DNA of 64,000 nucleotides from an uncultured cyanobacterium (GTDB lineage Bacteria; Cyanobacteriota; Cyanobacteriia; Cyanobacteriales; Nostocaceae): assembly GCA_963740315.1 (NCBI GenBank), contig CAVUDP010000002.1:3008001-3072000 (forward strand), read 5' to 3'. A model generated the notes under the pieces. It was not told the origin of the DNA, searched no databases, and saw only the letters and a program-made list of their open reading frames with translations. A program made the translations under genes and the position numbers. This document shows positions 29,630 to 39,959 of this stretch, in pieces. Within the stretch, counting starts at the first letter, position 1, and every line of letters begins with the position of its first letter.

Positions 29630-30448
29630 GTGGTATTAAATAAGCAAAAGCTGGAAGCATCTCTTTCGATAGAAGGTAAAAATGCTAACTTACCTTTTCG
29701 CTTGCATATTTTTGAAAGTGTCGCTTCAACAAACAAAACTTTGTGGGAATTACTTGTTCGAGAACCTGGGTCGGGATGTGTAGTAATTGCGACCGAACAA
29801 ACTGCCGGACGAGGACAATGGGGTCGTCAGTGGTTATCTGGGCGGGGTGGATTGTATCTTTCTTTAGCTATTGCTCCCAAATTAGATATAAGTTCAGGCT
29901 ATCAATTAACTTTAGCAACAGCATGGGGGATTGCCGAACAACTAAGAAAGTATGGTGTTGATGCTGAAATCAAGTGGCTTAACGATTTAGTTTTAGAAGG
30001 TCGTAAGTTAGGCGGAATTCTGACCGAAACTAAAGTCCGCGCTGGTAAAATTACTCAAGCAGTAATTGGAGTTGGGATTAACTGGAAAAACCCGGTTCCC
30101 CCTACTGGAATTAATTTATACGACTGGAGCGATCGAGGAAATGCCACCAAAATTTCTTGTTTGGAAGAATTAGCTGCTGTAGTTTTGCTGGGAATAGATT
30201 CCGGTATACAGTGTTTGGAGAGAGAAGGAGTCAATATATTATTGTCTCGCTATATCAAATTACTTTCTAATATGGGCGACAAAATTTATGTCAATGATGA
30301 TTTTTCAGGAACTGTAGTTGGCGTTACTTCTACAGGAAATCTTCATCTTCGTAAGTCAGCAGATCCGGATACCGTATCTGTAACACCCGCATCTATTTAC
30401 CTCCAGCCCGGTACAATCAGTTTAGGGTACCGTAAATTTTCGGAATAA
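29630..30448 (+). CDS. birA: Biotin-[acetyl-CoA-carboxylase] ligase
   Basis: STN, QTAGRGQWGRQW and KWLND...KLGGILTE motifs. Confidence 0.92.
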   Translation: MVLNKQKLEASLSIEGKNANLPFRLHIFESVASTNKTLWELLVREPGSGCVVIATEQTAGRGQWGRQWLSGRGGLYLSLAIAPKLDISSGYQLTLATAWGIAEQLRKYGVDAEIKWLNDLVLEGRKLGGILTETKVRAGKITQAVIGVGINWKNPVPPTGINLYDWSDRGNATKISCLEELAAVVLLGIDSGIQCLEREGVNILLSRYIKLLSNMGDKIYVNDDFSGTVVGVTSTGNLHLRKSADPDTVSVTPASIYLQPGTISLGYRKFSE

Positions 30449-30548
30449 ATTGCCATTTCTTGTCCAAAATTTTAAACTGAGACAAGATTTTTGGTTCAAT
30501 TATCTACCACCGTCATAATTACACCATCTTATTAATTATTAGAACACA

Positions 30549-32303
30549 ATGACGCAGCGCAAAAATGCCCATAACCATTCGCAATCAGCATGGCAGCGCT
30601 CGCTACCAGCGCAAAGCCTCTGTTGGCTTGGCAGCTTCAGCTTACTGAGCAGTGGCTTTGTAGTTGCCCAAACAACTTCCGGAATAGACAATATTGTTCC
30701 TACTGCGAAATCCTCACAGGCAAGGAATAGTAAAAAGGTCACGCAAAATAAACCTATTGTTATTAGTGTCACTCCTAAGCCGGAGTCACCTAAACCCGAA
30801 GTTGATTTTTCTGAACGTCGAGGCAAACTTAGACAAAGATTATCTGTTAAAAAATCTTCGGCGGATAGTGCTAAAAAGCCCGCACCAAGAGTAAAAGTTA
30901 CGACGACTAATAAAAAATCTTCGGCTACTTTAAGAACAAGATTAAAGCGTTCTCGCACCAATTCTGTAGTCGTTAAGCTCAAAAAGAAAGCGCCGACTAC
31001 CAGCCCAAGAGTAGTAATTAAAAAGAAACCTACTCTAACAAAACCTACTGCCTCAAAAGTTCGTGTTTCTTCACCCAAGAAGACTCAGACAATTCTTCCT
31101 AAAATTAATACCGTTAGGAAACCCCAAAAGGATTACAACAACGCTTTAATTGACCCCACAAATTACGGTAAAAAGTATCAAGCGCCCAATTCTGTAGTGA
31201 TTACAGGGCGTAAAAGCGGTTGTCAATCAGTTGCAAGCGGACAAGGAATTTCCGGTAATTGCGGTGTTTCTGCAAGTCGAACTCAAGTTAGTTCTAAAAA
31301 AACTCCCACTGAGAAAACAACACCTAACTGGTTAAAAGCAAGCCAAAACGCCACCATAGCGTCTGGTACACCTTCAAGAAGTGTTGTTCCGAAGATTAAA
31401 AAAACAACAAAAACAGCACCATCTCCGACTAAAGTTAGTTCGAGCGAAGTCACTAAAACTGTATTACCTAAAAAATCAGTTAATACTTATCGCCCTAGCA
31501 AAACCATACAGCAGGTTGCTTCTGTTACGCCGAATGTAGTCAAGAAAGTTGTTAAATCTGTCGCTCCAGTTGCTTCTAGAAGCTCTATAAACCGAGTTGC
31601 TCCTCGTAGCTCCAAAGCGTACAGTTCCAATCGCTTTATTCCACAACCAAGCAGTTTTACCCCCCAGACTACAGTTAGTCAAGAACCAATTGCGCCTACT
31701 GCTGGAATGCTAGCAGCGCCAATGATGGCTAACAACACCGCACCTCGTCCTAGTGCTGTAGCTTACAATATCCCCCTGGCATCGGCACTACCAAAAGTTG
31801 CTTACAGTGGTGGCGCTTATAGTTCCAACTATAATCCCGACGGATTGGTATTTCCTCTTTCCGTACCGTCTGCAATCAGTTCTGTATTCGGTTGGAGACA
31901 ACATCCACTAACTGGTAATCGCCGTTTTCATTCGGGTATAGATTTAGCTGCGGCGAGTGGAACCCCGGTTTTGGCAACTTATTCAGGACAAGTGGAAATT
32001 GCCGATTGGGTAGGCGGTTATGGTTTAACCGTTGTATTAAATCACAATAGCGCTCAACAATCACTCTACGGGCATATGTCCGAATTGTTTGTTCGTCCCG
32101 GTCAGTGGGTAGAGCGAGGAAGCGTTATCGGTCGCGTAGGCAGCACTGGTAATTCCACAGGACCTCACCTGCACTTTGAAACACGTCAGCTAACTCCCGA
32201 CGGTTGGGTAGCAACAAATCCAAGCGCACAATTACAGTACGCGCTCAACCAGTTTCTTCAATCCTTACAAACAGCGCAAGTTGTTGAAGAACCTGGTAGC
32301 TAA
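30549..32303 (+). CDS. M23-family metallopeptidase with long basic low-complexity N-terminus
   Basis: HSGID, YGH and GPHLHFE motifs. Confidence 0.9.
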   Translation: MTQRKNAHNHSQSAWQRSLPAQSLCWLGSFSLLSSGFVVAQTTSGIDNIVPTAKSSQARNSKKVTQNKPIVISVTPKPESPKPEVDFSERRGKLRQRLSVKKSSADSAKKPAPRVKVTTTNKKSSATLRTRLKRSRTNSVVVKLKKKAPTTSPRVVIKKKPTLTKPTASKVRVSSPKKTQTILPKINTVRKPQKDYNNALIDPTNYGKKYQAPNSVVITGRKSGCQSVASGQGISGNCGVSASRTQVSSKKTPTEKTTPNWLKASQNATIASGTPSRSVVPKIKKTTKTAPSPTKVSSSEVTKTVLPKKSVNTYRPSKTIQQVASVTPNVVKKVVKSVAPVASRSSINRVAPRSSKAYSSNRFIPQPSSFTPQTTVSQEPIAPTAGMLAAPMMANNTAPRPSAVAYNIPLASALPKVAYSGGAYSSNYNPDGLVFPLSVPSAISSVFGWRQHPLTGNRRFHSGIDLAAASGTPVLATYSGQVEIADWVGGYGLTVVLNHNSAQQSLYGHMSELFVRPGQWVERGSVIGRVGSTGNSTGPHLHFETRQLTPDGWVATNPSAQLQYALNQFLQSLQTAQVVEEPGS

Positions 32304-32620
32304 GGAGATGGGGGGATGGGGAGATGGGGAGATGGGGAGATGGGGAGACAAGGGGACAAGGAGATGCGGTAGATGGGGTAGATGCGGTAGATGCGGTAGA
32401 TGCGGTAGATGGGGTAGATGGGGTAGTTAAACAGCGAGCAAGATGCTCGCACTACTCCGGTGGTTCTAACTCCTAACTCCTAACTCCTAATTCCTAATTC
32501 CTAACTCCTAGCTCCTAACTCCTAACTCCTAACTCCTAACTCCTAACTCTTAACTCCTAACTCCTAACTCCTAACTCCTAACTCCTAACTCTTAACTCCT
32601 AACTCCTAACTCCCTACTCC
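32304..32620. repeat. Long compound STRR tract (GGAGATGG, GTAGATGCG, CCTAACT arrays)
   Basis: About 300 bp of tandem 7-9-mers between convergent genes. Confidence 0.92.
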
Positions 32621-32624
32621 CTTT

Positions 32625-33305
32625 TTATAAATACCCATGTTCGGTTAAGAATGTGGGTGTAATTTCATTTTGGGTAGAACCGGATGAAGCTGGATTGTTT
32701 TCCTTACCAAAATAAATAAGTTTCTCTACGTATTTACCGAGAATATCACCTTCTAAATTTACTAAACTACCTGGAATTAAATCGCGAAGATTTGTTTCGG
32801 CATAAGTTACGGGAATCACAGCTACTTTAAACTGGGAAATCTCTGGGTTGTAATCAGCTATAGTGAGGCTGATACCATTGATAGCAATGCTACCTTTGGG
32901 TACTATATAGCGGTCAATCGTATGGGATGCGGTAAACGTCATTTCCCAAGAAGTCGCTGTTTGTTCTACACAAATCAACTCACCTATACCGTCAACGTGT
33001 CCCATGACAAAATGACCGCCTATTTTACTGCCAACTCTCAAAGAAGTTTCTAAATTGACGTAGCGCCCTTTAGTTACTAATTCTCTTAAAGTTGTGCGGC
33101 GCAATGTTTCTGGGGAAGCTGTAGCAATAAAACCGTCGATTGTGACATCTTCTACTGTTAAGCAAACCCCATCTACTGCAACGCTATCACCGTAAGCTAA
33201 GTCTTGCACGATCGCCGATCGGGAAGAATCCGGGCAAGTAATTTGCCAAGAATCTCCTCCTAGAGGTTTCATCGTTCCTAATGCTTGAATTATTCCTGTA
33301 AACAC
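32625..33305 (-). CDS. ribC: Riboflavin synthase alpha chain
   Basis: MFTGII, GVCLTV, GGHFVMGHVDG and GISLTI motifs. Confidence 0.95.
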   Translation of the reverse strand: MFTGIIQALGTMKPLGGDSWQITCPDSSRSAIVQDLAYGDSVAVDGVCLTVEDVTIDGFIATASPETLRRTTLRELVTKGRYVNLETSLRVGSKIGGHFVMGHVDGIGELICVEQTATSWEMTFTASHTIDRYIVPKGSIAINGISLTIADYNPEISQFKVAVIPVTYAETNLRDLIPGSLVNLEGDILGKYVEKLIYFGKENNPASSGSTQNEITPTFLTEHGYL

Positions 33306-33647
33306 GGCTTTTTTGTGCGACTAATTCTATATATTGCTTATTATCAACTTAAATTAATTAGTAATTCTGCCATAATTTATCAATGCACGGTATAATTTTA
33401 AACTTTTAAATGTATAGAGCAATAAACACATTTACATTAAAGACGGGGCATAAGGCGTGTAAATAGATTATTGTAGAACCAATAAGGTTAGACTAACGAA
33501 ATGGTATTCACAACCATTTGGGAGTTTAATAGAAGCAATTATAAACAATATAGACTTATGTTTGAGGTTTTTACAACTTGCTCAGGCAAGAGTATTATTT
33601 GTTACCAAATTTATCGAAGCGCTCAAAGGAATGTAGAGGCATAGCCG

Positions 33648-34151
33648 ATGATTGAAATGAAAGTTGCTGGCATCGCGTTGGATGCAATTACTCGCAGTCC
33701 GATAGTACTTTTAAAAGATGCAACAGACCGCCGCGCTTTGCCAATTTACATTGGTCAAGAACAGGCGAGAGCAATTATGGCAGCACAGGAGAATCAAAAA
33801 GCTCCCAGACCGTTAACCCACGACTTAATTGTGAATATTTTTGAGGGGTGGGACATGGTTTTAGAGAAAGTGATTATCCACTCCCTGCAAAAAGACACCT
33901 TCTATGCATCTTTAATTCTAAAGCAAGGTGAGACGCAAAAGGAAGTTGATGCTCGTCCTAGCGATGCGATCGCCGTTGCGTTGCGTACAAATGCACCAAT
34001 CTGGGTAATGGAAGAAGTGGTTGCGGATGCTTCAATTCCAGTAGATAGAGATGCGGATGAAGCCGAGCGAGAAGCCTTCCGAGAATTCGTTTCTAATCTC
34101 CGTCCAGAAGATTTAATCAAGCGTTTTGGTGATAGTGCTAGTAATAGTTAG
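33648..34151 (+). CDS. Bifunctional nuclease (DUF151) family protein
   Basis: LPIYIG, RPLTHDL and DARPSDAIA motifs. Confidence 0.92.
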   Translation: MIEMKVAGIALDAITRSPIVLLKDATDRRALPIYIGQEQARAIMAAQENQKAPRPLTHDLIVNIFEGWDMVLEKVIIHSLQKDTFYASLILKQGETQKEVDARPSDAIAVALRTNAPIWVMEEVVADASIPVDRDADEAEREAFREFVSNLRPEDLIKRFGDSASNS

Positions 34152-34319
34152 GCATAGTTATGAGTTATGAGTTATGAGTTAAGAGTTAAATTATTAGCTA
34201 GAGCGCGAAGAGTAAACAAACTCTGTATATGAGTCTTAAGTTAAGAGGTAAAATACTTATTCCACATACAGTCTTTCCAACTCAAGACTTTTAACTCCTA
34301 ACTCCTAACTTTAGAAAAG

Positions 34320-35450
34320 ATGCAATACCGACGCTTCGGGAGAACAAATCTACATTTATCGGTGTTTTCCTTGGGAACAATGCGCTCCACCGCTTCACCT
34401 GCAAATGCAAGACGAGTTATCAGTGAAGCAGTAGCGCAAGGGATTAATCATATAGAAACTGCTAGTGGTTATGGTAAAAGTGAGGAGTATTTAGGTGAAG
34501 TGCTGTATTCTGGGTTGTCTGTACCCCGCGATCGGCTTCATATCACTAGTAAAATCCCACCCACAGTTGATGCCGATACCATGCGTCGGTGCATCGACAA
34601 ATCTTTGGAAAAATTGCAGCTCGATTATCTTGATTGTTTGGCTATTCATGGCTTAAATACATGGGAGCATCTGGAGTGGGTGCGGGCTGAAAATGGCTGT
34701 ATGCAGGCGGTACGAGAAGCCGTGGGGAATGGTAGAGTCCGCCATGTCGGGTTTTCCACCCACGCACCATTAGAAATAATTTTAGCGGCGATAAATACAG
34801 ATTTATTTGAATTTGTCAATCTGCATTATTACTATTTTTTTCAGCGCAACCAGAAAGCGGTTGAGTTAGCAGCAGAAAAAGATATGGGCGTTTTTATCAT
34901 TTCCCCCGCCGATAAAGGAGGAAGATTATATACGCCATCCGATAAATTAAAAGAATTATCTTATCCGTTTTCTCCCCTAGAATTAAATTATCGTTTTTTA
35001 CTTAGCGATCGCCGTATTACAACATTAAGTGTAGGTGCTGCAACCCCCGAAGAATTGATTGAACCGTTAAAAGTTGGCGATCGCGATGGGGAACTAAATA
35101 AAGATGAAATTACGGTTTTTCAAAGATTAGAAAAATACAAAAATAAAGTTTTAAATACTGAAAAATGCAGTCAGTGTTACGAATGCTTACCTTGTCCCGA
35201 AAACATCAATATTCCCGAAGTATTGCGACTGCGGAATTTAGCAGTGGCATACGATATGACAGATTACGGTAAGTATCGCTACGGTATGTTTGAAAATGCC
35301 GGACATTGGTTTGGGGGAATGAAAGGTAGTCGGTGTACTGAATGTGGGGAATGTTTACCCAAGTGTCCGGAAAAGTTAGATATTCCAGCTTTGTTGAAAG
35401 ATACTCATCAAAGGTTGAAAGGGAAAGAAGGTAGGAGATTGTGGGAGTGA
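34320..35450 (+). CDS. Aldo/keto reductase with C-terminal Fe-S domain
   Basis: YRRFGRT...GTMR and GFSTH motifs, plus two CxxCxxCxx(x)CP clusters. Confidence 0.9.
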   Translation: MQYRRFGRTNLHLSVFSLGTMRSTASPANARRVISEAVAQGINHIETASGYGKSEEYLGEVLYSGLSVPRDRLHITSKIPPTVDADTMRRCIDKSLEKLQLDYLDCLAIHGLNTWEHLEWVRAENGCMQAVREAVGNGRVRHVGFSTHAPLEIILAAINTDLFEFVNLHYYYFFQRNQKAVELAAEKDMGVFIISPADKGGRLYTPSDKLKELSYPFSPLELNYRFLLSDRRITTLSVGAATPEELIEPLKVGDRDGELNKDEITVFQRLEKYKNKVLNTEKCSQCYECLPCPENINIPEVLRLRNLAVAYDMTDYGKYRYGMFENAGHWFGGMKGSRCTECGECLPKCPEKLDIPALLKDTHQRLKGKEGRRLWE

Positions 35451-35959
35451 TGTTTTCGATTTACTCCCGAAGTATTCAAGCCATTCCTTAAATCTGTAAC
35501 AAGCCGCATAAGTAGATGAAGATCATGGTTGTTATCATTCGTTTGAGAAAGTTGATTGTTAATAGGGTTTTTGATTTTTGGGTTGTCATTGAAGATGGAA
35601 TCACTAAATTGATAGCAAACAGTAATTATGTAAACTTTATTTGTGTGATTTGAGTCACTGTCATATCTGTTTTAAATCACAACAACTACCAAAATATTTT
35701 TTTATCAAAATTTATAAGGATTAAGCTATTTACTCTACGTAAGTATATATAAATCTAAACATCTGAAGCAGATTAAATTAATAATTTTTGAAGGGAACTC
35801 TTCAACTATATTTGTAATCTAGTTAGTAGAATCGTTAATCAAACTTTGTACTAATAATTGATAGCAGCAAGCTTTATTAATAGCAACTACAGCTAACTTA
35901 TGCTGTAGAAATATTTTGTGATTTTTAAGTAAATATCAAGTTCGCGTCTATCTAAGTAA

Positions 35960-36799
35960 ATGATAGACATATTTTGGAGTACAAAAATGAGTAGTAATGC
36001 GCCTCTTTTGATTGAAGACACGAACTTATCTTACGCTTGGGGTGATGTATTTTTACATTTCTTCAACAAACGTTGCACAGAAATTTCACCGTTAGTTATT
36101 ACATTAACTGGGTTTAACAATGGTCTTCCAAATGAAGATAAAACTATTGTCAAAGCCTTGGATGAATGTCTTAAGGAACAGAATGAATTAGAAGTAGATA
36201 AAGTTGCCCAAACAATCTTTCCTACTTCTTACTGGCAACTGTCAAAGGATAATCGAGAAGAATTTTTCAACAACTACATTAACAACATCGATAACATAAA
36301 AGCTGCGGTTAAACCAAAGCACTCTTGTGAGTACTTTGAAAGACTTATTGCTTTCGGTTCAGGTCCTCACAATGGTAATCAACTCGAACATATTATTTAT
36401 GAGTATAATTCTGTATACAATTCTGATACTAGTAAGCGCTCTGGAGTAAGAAGAAGTATGTTTCAAGCATCTATCTTTGACCCAGAGCGAGACCATAATG
36501 GCAGCAGTATATACCTTCCCTTTCCTTGTTTAGGACATATCAGCTTTGTGCCAAATAAGAAAGATGGAACTTTAGTTCTTAATGCTTTTTACGCAACTCA
36601 AAAGATATTAGAAAAAGCATATGGTAATTATTTAGGTCTTTGTAGGTTGGGTCATTTTATGGCTGGTGAAATGGGACTGACATTTGAGCGAATGAACTGT
36701 TTTATAGGTGTTGCGAAGTTGGACACTGTTGCTAAAAAAGACCTTAAAACTTTAGAAGCAAAAATTCGTCAAATTGTACCGTCAAAAACTAATTCATAA
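35960..36799 (+). CDS. Divergent thymidylate-synthase-fold protein (dUMP hydroxymethylase-like); true start may be ATG 35987
   Basis: TS-like C-terminal order: IFDPERD, FPCL (catalytic Cys), LVLNAFY strand, AYGN..GL..L..F.A.E.G. Confidence 0.65.
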   Translation: MIDIFWSTKMSSNAPLLIEDTNLSYAWGDVFLHFFNKRCTEISPLVITLTGFNNGLPNEDKTIVKALDECLKEQNELEVDKVAQTIFPTSYWQLSKDNREEFFNNYINNIDNIKAAVKPKHSCEYFERLIAFGSGPHNGNQLEHIIYEYNSVYNSDTSKRSGVRRSMFQASIFDPERDHNGSSIYLPFPCLGHISFVPNKKDGTLVLNAFYATQKILEKAYGNYLGLCRLGHFMAGEMGLTFERMNCFIGVAKLDTVAKKDLKTLEAKIRQIVPSKTNS

Positions 36800-36923
36800 G
36801 GTGAAGTATTTTGTCCGTTTCAAAAAATCATCTTGCAGATAAAAACAATTGCGATTAATTACTATGACAGTTAAGCTTATGAGCATTCATCTTATATAGA
36901 GTAGATACTCTTAAGCTTGCAAT

Positions 36924-38048
36924 ATGGCAATTAAACCTCAGAAACCTGTAAAACAAAAAGACGGACAAAATCTACAGCTTAGTTTAGAACTTGGTTTTGG
37001 GGAAAAGCCAAATAAGGCTACACCTACAATAATTTCATCACGTCTACCAGCAAAGCCTACGGTTGTATTTGATACTTACTGGCGTTTCGCTGCCGAACGA
37101 CAAAAGATATTTTTCAACAAGTTAGAAAATACACCGATGTCTTGGACTGATGACTCTATCCTTTCAGTTTACAAGTTTACCAATGCTTATCGAGCGAGCG
37201 ATCGCACTAGCCAATATTTGATTCGTCACGTTATCTATGGCTCAGACTTACCAAAGTCTAATAAAGAGGTTTTCTTTAGAATTATCCTCTTCAAGATTTT
37301 TAACAAAATTGAAACTTGGCAGCTTCTAGAAGAAAAGTTTGGTCGCATCATTTATGCAGACTATTCCTTTGAACGCTATGACAAAGTTCTTACGGAAGCT
37401 ATGGAGTCAGGTAAAAGAATATATTCAGCAGCATACATTATGCCTTCAGGTGGTAAAACTCTCGGACATACTACAAAGCACCGCAATCACCTGAAGCTAA
37501 TTGAAAAAATGATGGCTGATGAACTGCCAAAACAACTTGCAGATGCAGCTTCAATGCAGCGAGGTTTCGAGTTACTGCTAGCTTATCCAACTATTGGAAA
37601 TTTTTTGGCATACCAGTTTATTACGGATATTAATTATAGCGAGATTACCAACTTTAAGGAAATGGAATTTGTAGTTCCCGGTCCTGGTGCGCTAGATGGT
37701 ATCCGCAAATGTTTTTCCGATTTAGGTGGTTTGAAAGAAACAGAAATTATTAAGTATATGGCTGATAACCAAGAGTTTGAATTCAAGCGATTAGGACTCG
37801 AATTTAAATCTCTTTGGGGTCGTCCTCTGCAACTAATTGACTGCCAAAATCTATTTTGTGAGGTCGATAAATACGCACGAATTAAACATCCGGAAATTTC
37901 TGGAATTTCTGGTCGAACTCGTATCAAACAGAAATACTCAGCCAACGGACAACCTTTCGATTATTGGTATCCACCAAAGTGGGAAATTAACCAAGCTATT
38001 CAAAAATTTAAAGCGATTAAAGAAACAACATATAAAAGGAATGAATGA
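36924..38048 (+). CDS. aGPT-Pplase1 / 5hmdU-DNA-kinase helical (NKAD)-like protein
   Basis: YWRFAAERQ, WTDD.IL..YKFTNAYRASDR.SQ, FKIFNK.ETW, YSAAYIM, IG.FLAYQ..TD, GPGA..G and DCQNLFCE.DKY.R motifs. Confidence 0.8.
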   Translation: MAIKPQKPVKQKDGQNLQLSLELGFGEKPNKATPTIISSRLPAKPTVVFDTYWRFAAERQKIFFNKLENTPMSWTDDSILSVYKFTNAYRASDRTSQYLIRHVIYGSDLPKSNKEVFFRIILFKIFNKIETWQLLEEKFGRIIYADYSFERYDKVLTEAMESGKRIYSAAYIMPSGGKTLGHTTKHRNHLKLIEKMMADELPKQLADAASMQRGFELLLAYPTIGNFLAYQFITDINYSEITNFKEMEFVVPGPGALDGIRKCFSDLGGLKETEIIKYMADNQEFEFKRLGLEFKSLWGRPLQLIDCQNLFCEVDKYARIKHPEISGISGRTRIKQKYSANGQPFDYWYPPKWEINQAIQKFKAIKETTYKRNE

Positions 38049-38956
38049 TGGACTTTCGTAATTATCAACAACAAGCCCTGCAAACCGACCAAGTTCCCAG
38101 TGGAACTCAAAATGATAAAATCGTACCTTTACTTGGTTTAGCAGGTGAAGCTGCTTCCCTGCTAACTGAGTACAAAAAACACCTCCGAGATGGAGACTCG
38201 TACAAATTATTTAATAAAAGTATTGCTGATGAATTAGGAGATTTGCTTTGGTATGTAGCCAATGTAGCAAGCAAGTTTGACCTTGATTTGGATGAAATTG
38301 CTGAAGGTAATTTGAAAAAGTGTCACGAGCGTTGGGGTTGGAAAGGTTTATTACGCGCAGGTACTCAAACCAAAGGTTGCTTCTTCGACAAAAACTTTCC
38401 CGAAAATGAGCGTTTACCACGTCAGTTTGAAATAGAGATTATCGAAGTCAGCGAAAAAAATTCTGTGAAGTTGGAAGCACTTATCGATGGACAGAAAGTT
38501 GAATTTGGTTCGGAGCTAACTGATAACTCTTACAAAGGTGATGGGTATCGCTATCATGATGTTTTCCATCTTTCCTACCTAGCAGTTTTAGGTTGGTCTC
38601 CAGTAATTCGTCAGCTTCTTAAACGCAAACGAAGGAGCGATTCCCTAATTGACGAGGTTGAAGACGGTGGTCGCGCTGGTGTGATTGAGGAAGGTATCTC
38701 AGCACTTGTATTCAGCTATGCAGAAAATCACGACTTCTTAGAAGGTGTTTCAGCAATAGATTACGAACTGCTAAAAACTATAAAAAATATGACCATTAAC
38801 TTAGAAGTTTCTCAATGTTCGCTGGGTGAGTGGGAAAAAGCAATCCTGATAGGCTTTGAAGTCTGGCGACAAGTAAATAAAAATAAGGGAGGAAAGGTAG
38901 TAGTTAATATTAATACTCAATCTATGACTTATCAAGTTAAATCAAAGTTTTGCTGA
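38045..38956 (+). CDS. MazG-like NTP pyrophosphohydrolase fused to a MazG_C domain
   Basis: YQ..A..TD, LGLAGEA, KK.LRDG and ELGDLLWY in the N-terminal half. LTDN...DGYRYHDVFH, LGWSPV.R and EVEDG.RA..IEE in the C-terminal half. It overlaps the upstream stop codon. Confidence 0.85.
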   Translation: MMDFRNYQQQALQTDQVPSGTQNDKIVPLLGLAGEAASLLTEYKKHLRDGDSYKLFNKSIADELGDLLWYVANVASKFDLDLDEIAEGNLKKCHERWGWKGLLRAGTQTKGCFFDKNFPENERLPRQFEIEIIEVSEKNSVKLEALIDGQKVEFGSELTDNSYKGDGYRYHDVFHLSYLAVLGWSPVIRQLLKRKRRSDSLIDEVEDGGRAGVIEEGISALVFSYAENHDFLEGVSAIDYELLKTIKNMTINLEVSQCSLGEWEKAILIGFEVWRQVNKNKGGKVVVNINTQSMTYQVKSKFC

Positions 38957-39083
38957 GATTTTATACTTATTTTAAATTATTTCCCCTTTTGCAAAGCATC
39001 GGAGAATTGAAAATAAAGATATGATGCTGGTGGTTGAAACTGTATGTGGTTTCAATCACTAATTTAGTTTTAATTTTCTCAAT

Positions 39084-39419
39084 CTAAGCAACTCCATATC
39101 CCGTATAAGGACACTTTAATGGTAGCTGTAAACCAATTACAATATCTTCTTTATCAACTCCCATCTCTTCAAGTTCTTGTGCTAAATCTAGATCAGTCAT
39201 ATTTTGCTGAATCCAGATTTTGCCATCTTTAATATCAAAATGCATCATGCTACGATCAACGCGCTTTAAATCATTCCAACCTACATACATTAATTGATAA
39301 TGGTCGTGTATTGTATCAAAAATCAATTCTTTTTCTACATCTTCTTGCTTTGGTTTTGAGCTACCGTGTTTAGTTAAAATAGTTTGAATTGATTGGCGAA
39401 AATGGTCTAAGTTTGCCAT
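39084..39419 (-). CDS. xisI: XisI-family protein
   Basis: LIFD..HDHYQLM.VGW, HFDIKDGKIWIQ and GV.KEDIV.G motifs. Confidence 0.9.
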   Translation of the reverse strand: MANLDHFRQSIQTILTKHGSSKPKQEDVEKELIFDTIHDHYQLMYVGWNDLKRVDRSMMHFDIKDGKIWIQQNMTDLDLAQELEEMGVDKEDIVIGLQLPLKCPYTGYGVA

Positions 39420-39454
39420 TGTAAAATTACCTCCATTGCTGGTTTGTACGCAAT
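39407..39454 (-). pseudogene. xisH: Remnant C-terminus of xisH
   Basis: Reads IAYKPAMEVILQWQT* and overlaps the xisI start, as expected for xisH-xisI pairs. The rest of the gene is absent. Confidence 0.55.
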
Positions 39455-39476
39455 ATGTTTATTAGTTAAAGCTGTG

Positions 39477-39955
39477 AATTATTGCTTTGGCTTTTACATC
39501 CGCTAGGGGTTGCAAACCCCTAGCTAATAGCAGAAGTCCTATAAATAGGACTACAAAGAAACTTTTATTAGTCCATTTTAATGGACTTGAGCTAATTGGT
39601 TCCTCGGATTTGCAATCCCAGGTGGGTTAGAATACAAAACTAAAATTATTTTCGGTTTGAAATTATTAGTTTGGTATTCACATCCGTTTGGGGTTGGGAA
39701 TTATTAGTTTGGTATTCACATCCGCTTGGGGTTGCAAACCCCAAGCGGTGGAGCGAAAGTCCTATAAATAGGACTATAAATTTATTTGTATCTGTCAATA
39801 TATCTGTCAATAGCGAAGACAAGATTTATATTCCAGAAGTTAAAATCAATAAAAACCCTGTCTGAAATCAAAAATTTCTCAGTCATCTTTAGATGACTTA
39901 TGCTATTAGCCTGGGGTTTGCAACCCCAGGTGAGTATGAATACAAGCCAAAAATT
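39477..39955. mobile_element. Two bipartite-hairpin REPIN/MITE-like elements downstream of tnpA
   Basis: Each end is CATCCGC-TnGGGGTTGCAAACCCC (hairpin 1), then TAATAGC, then AGTCCTATAAATAGGACT (hairpin 2). The ends are inverted around unrelated interiors. Confidence 0.8.
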
Positions 39956-39959
39956 AAAT

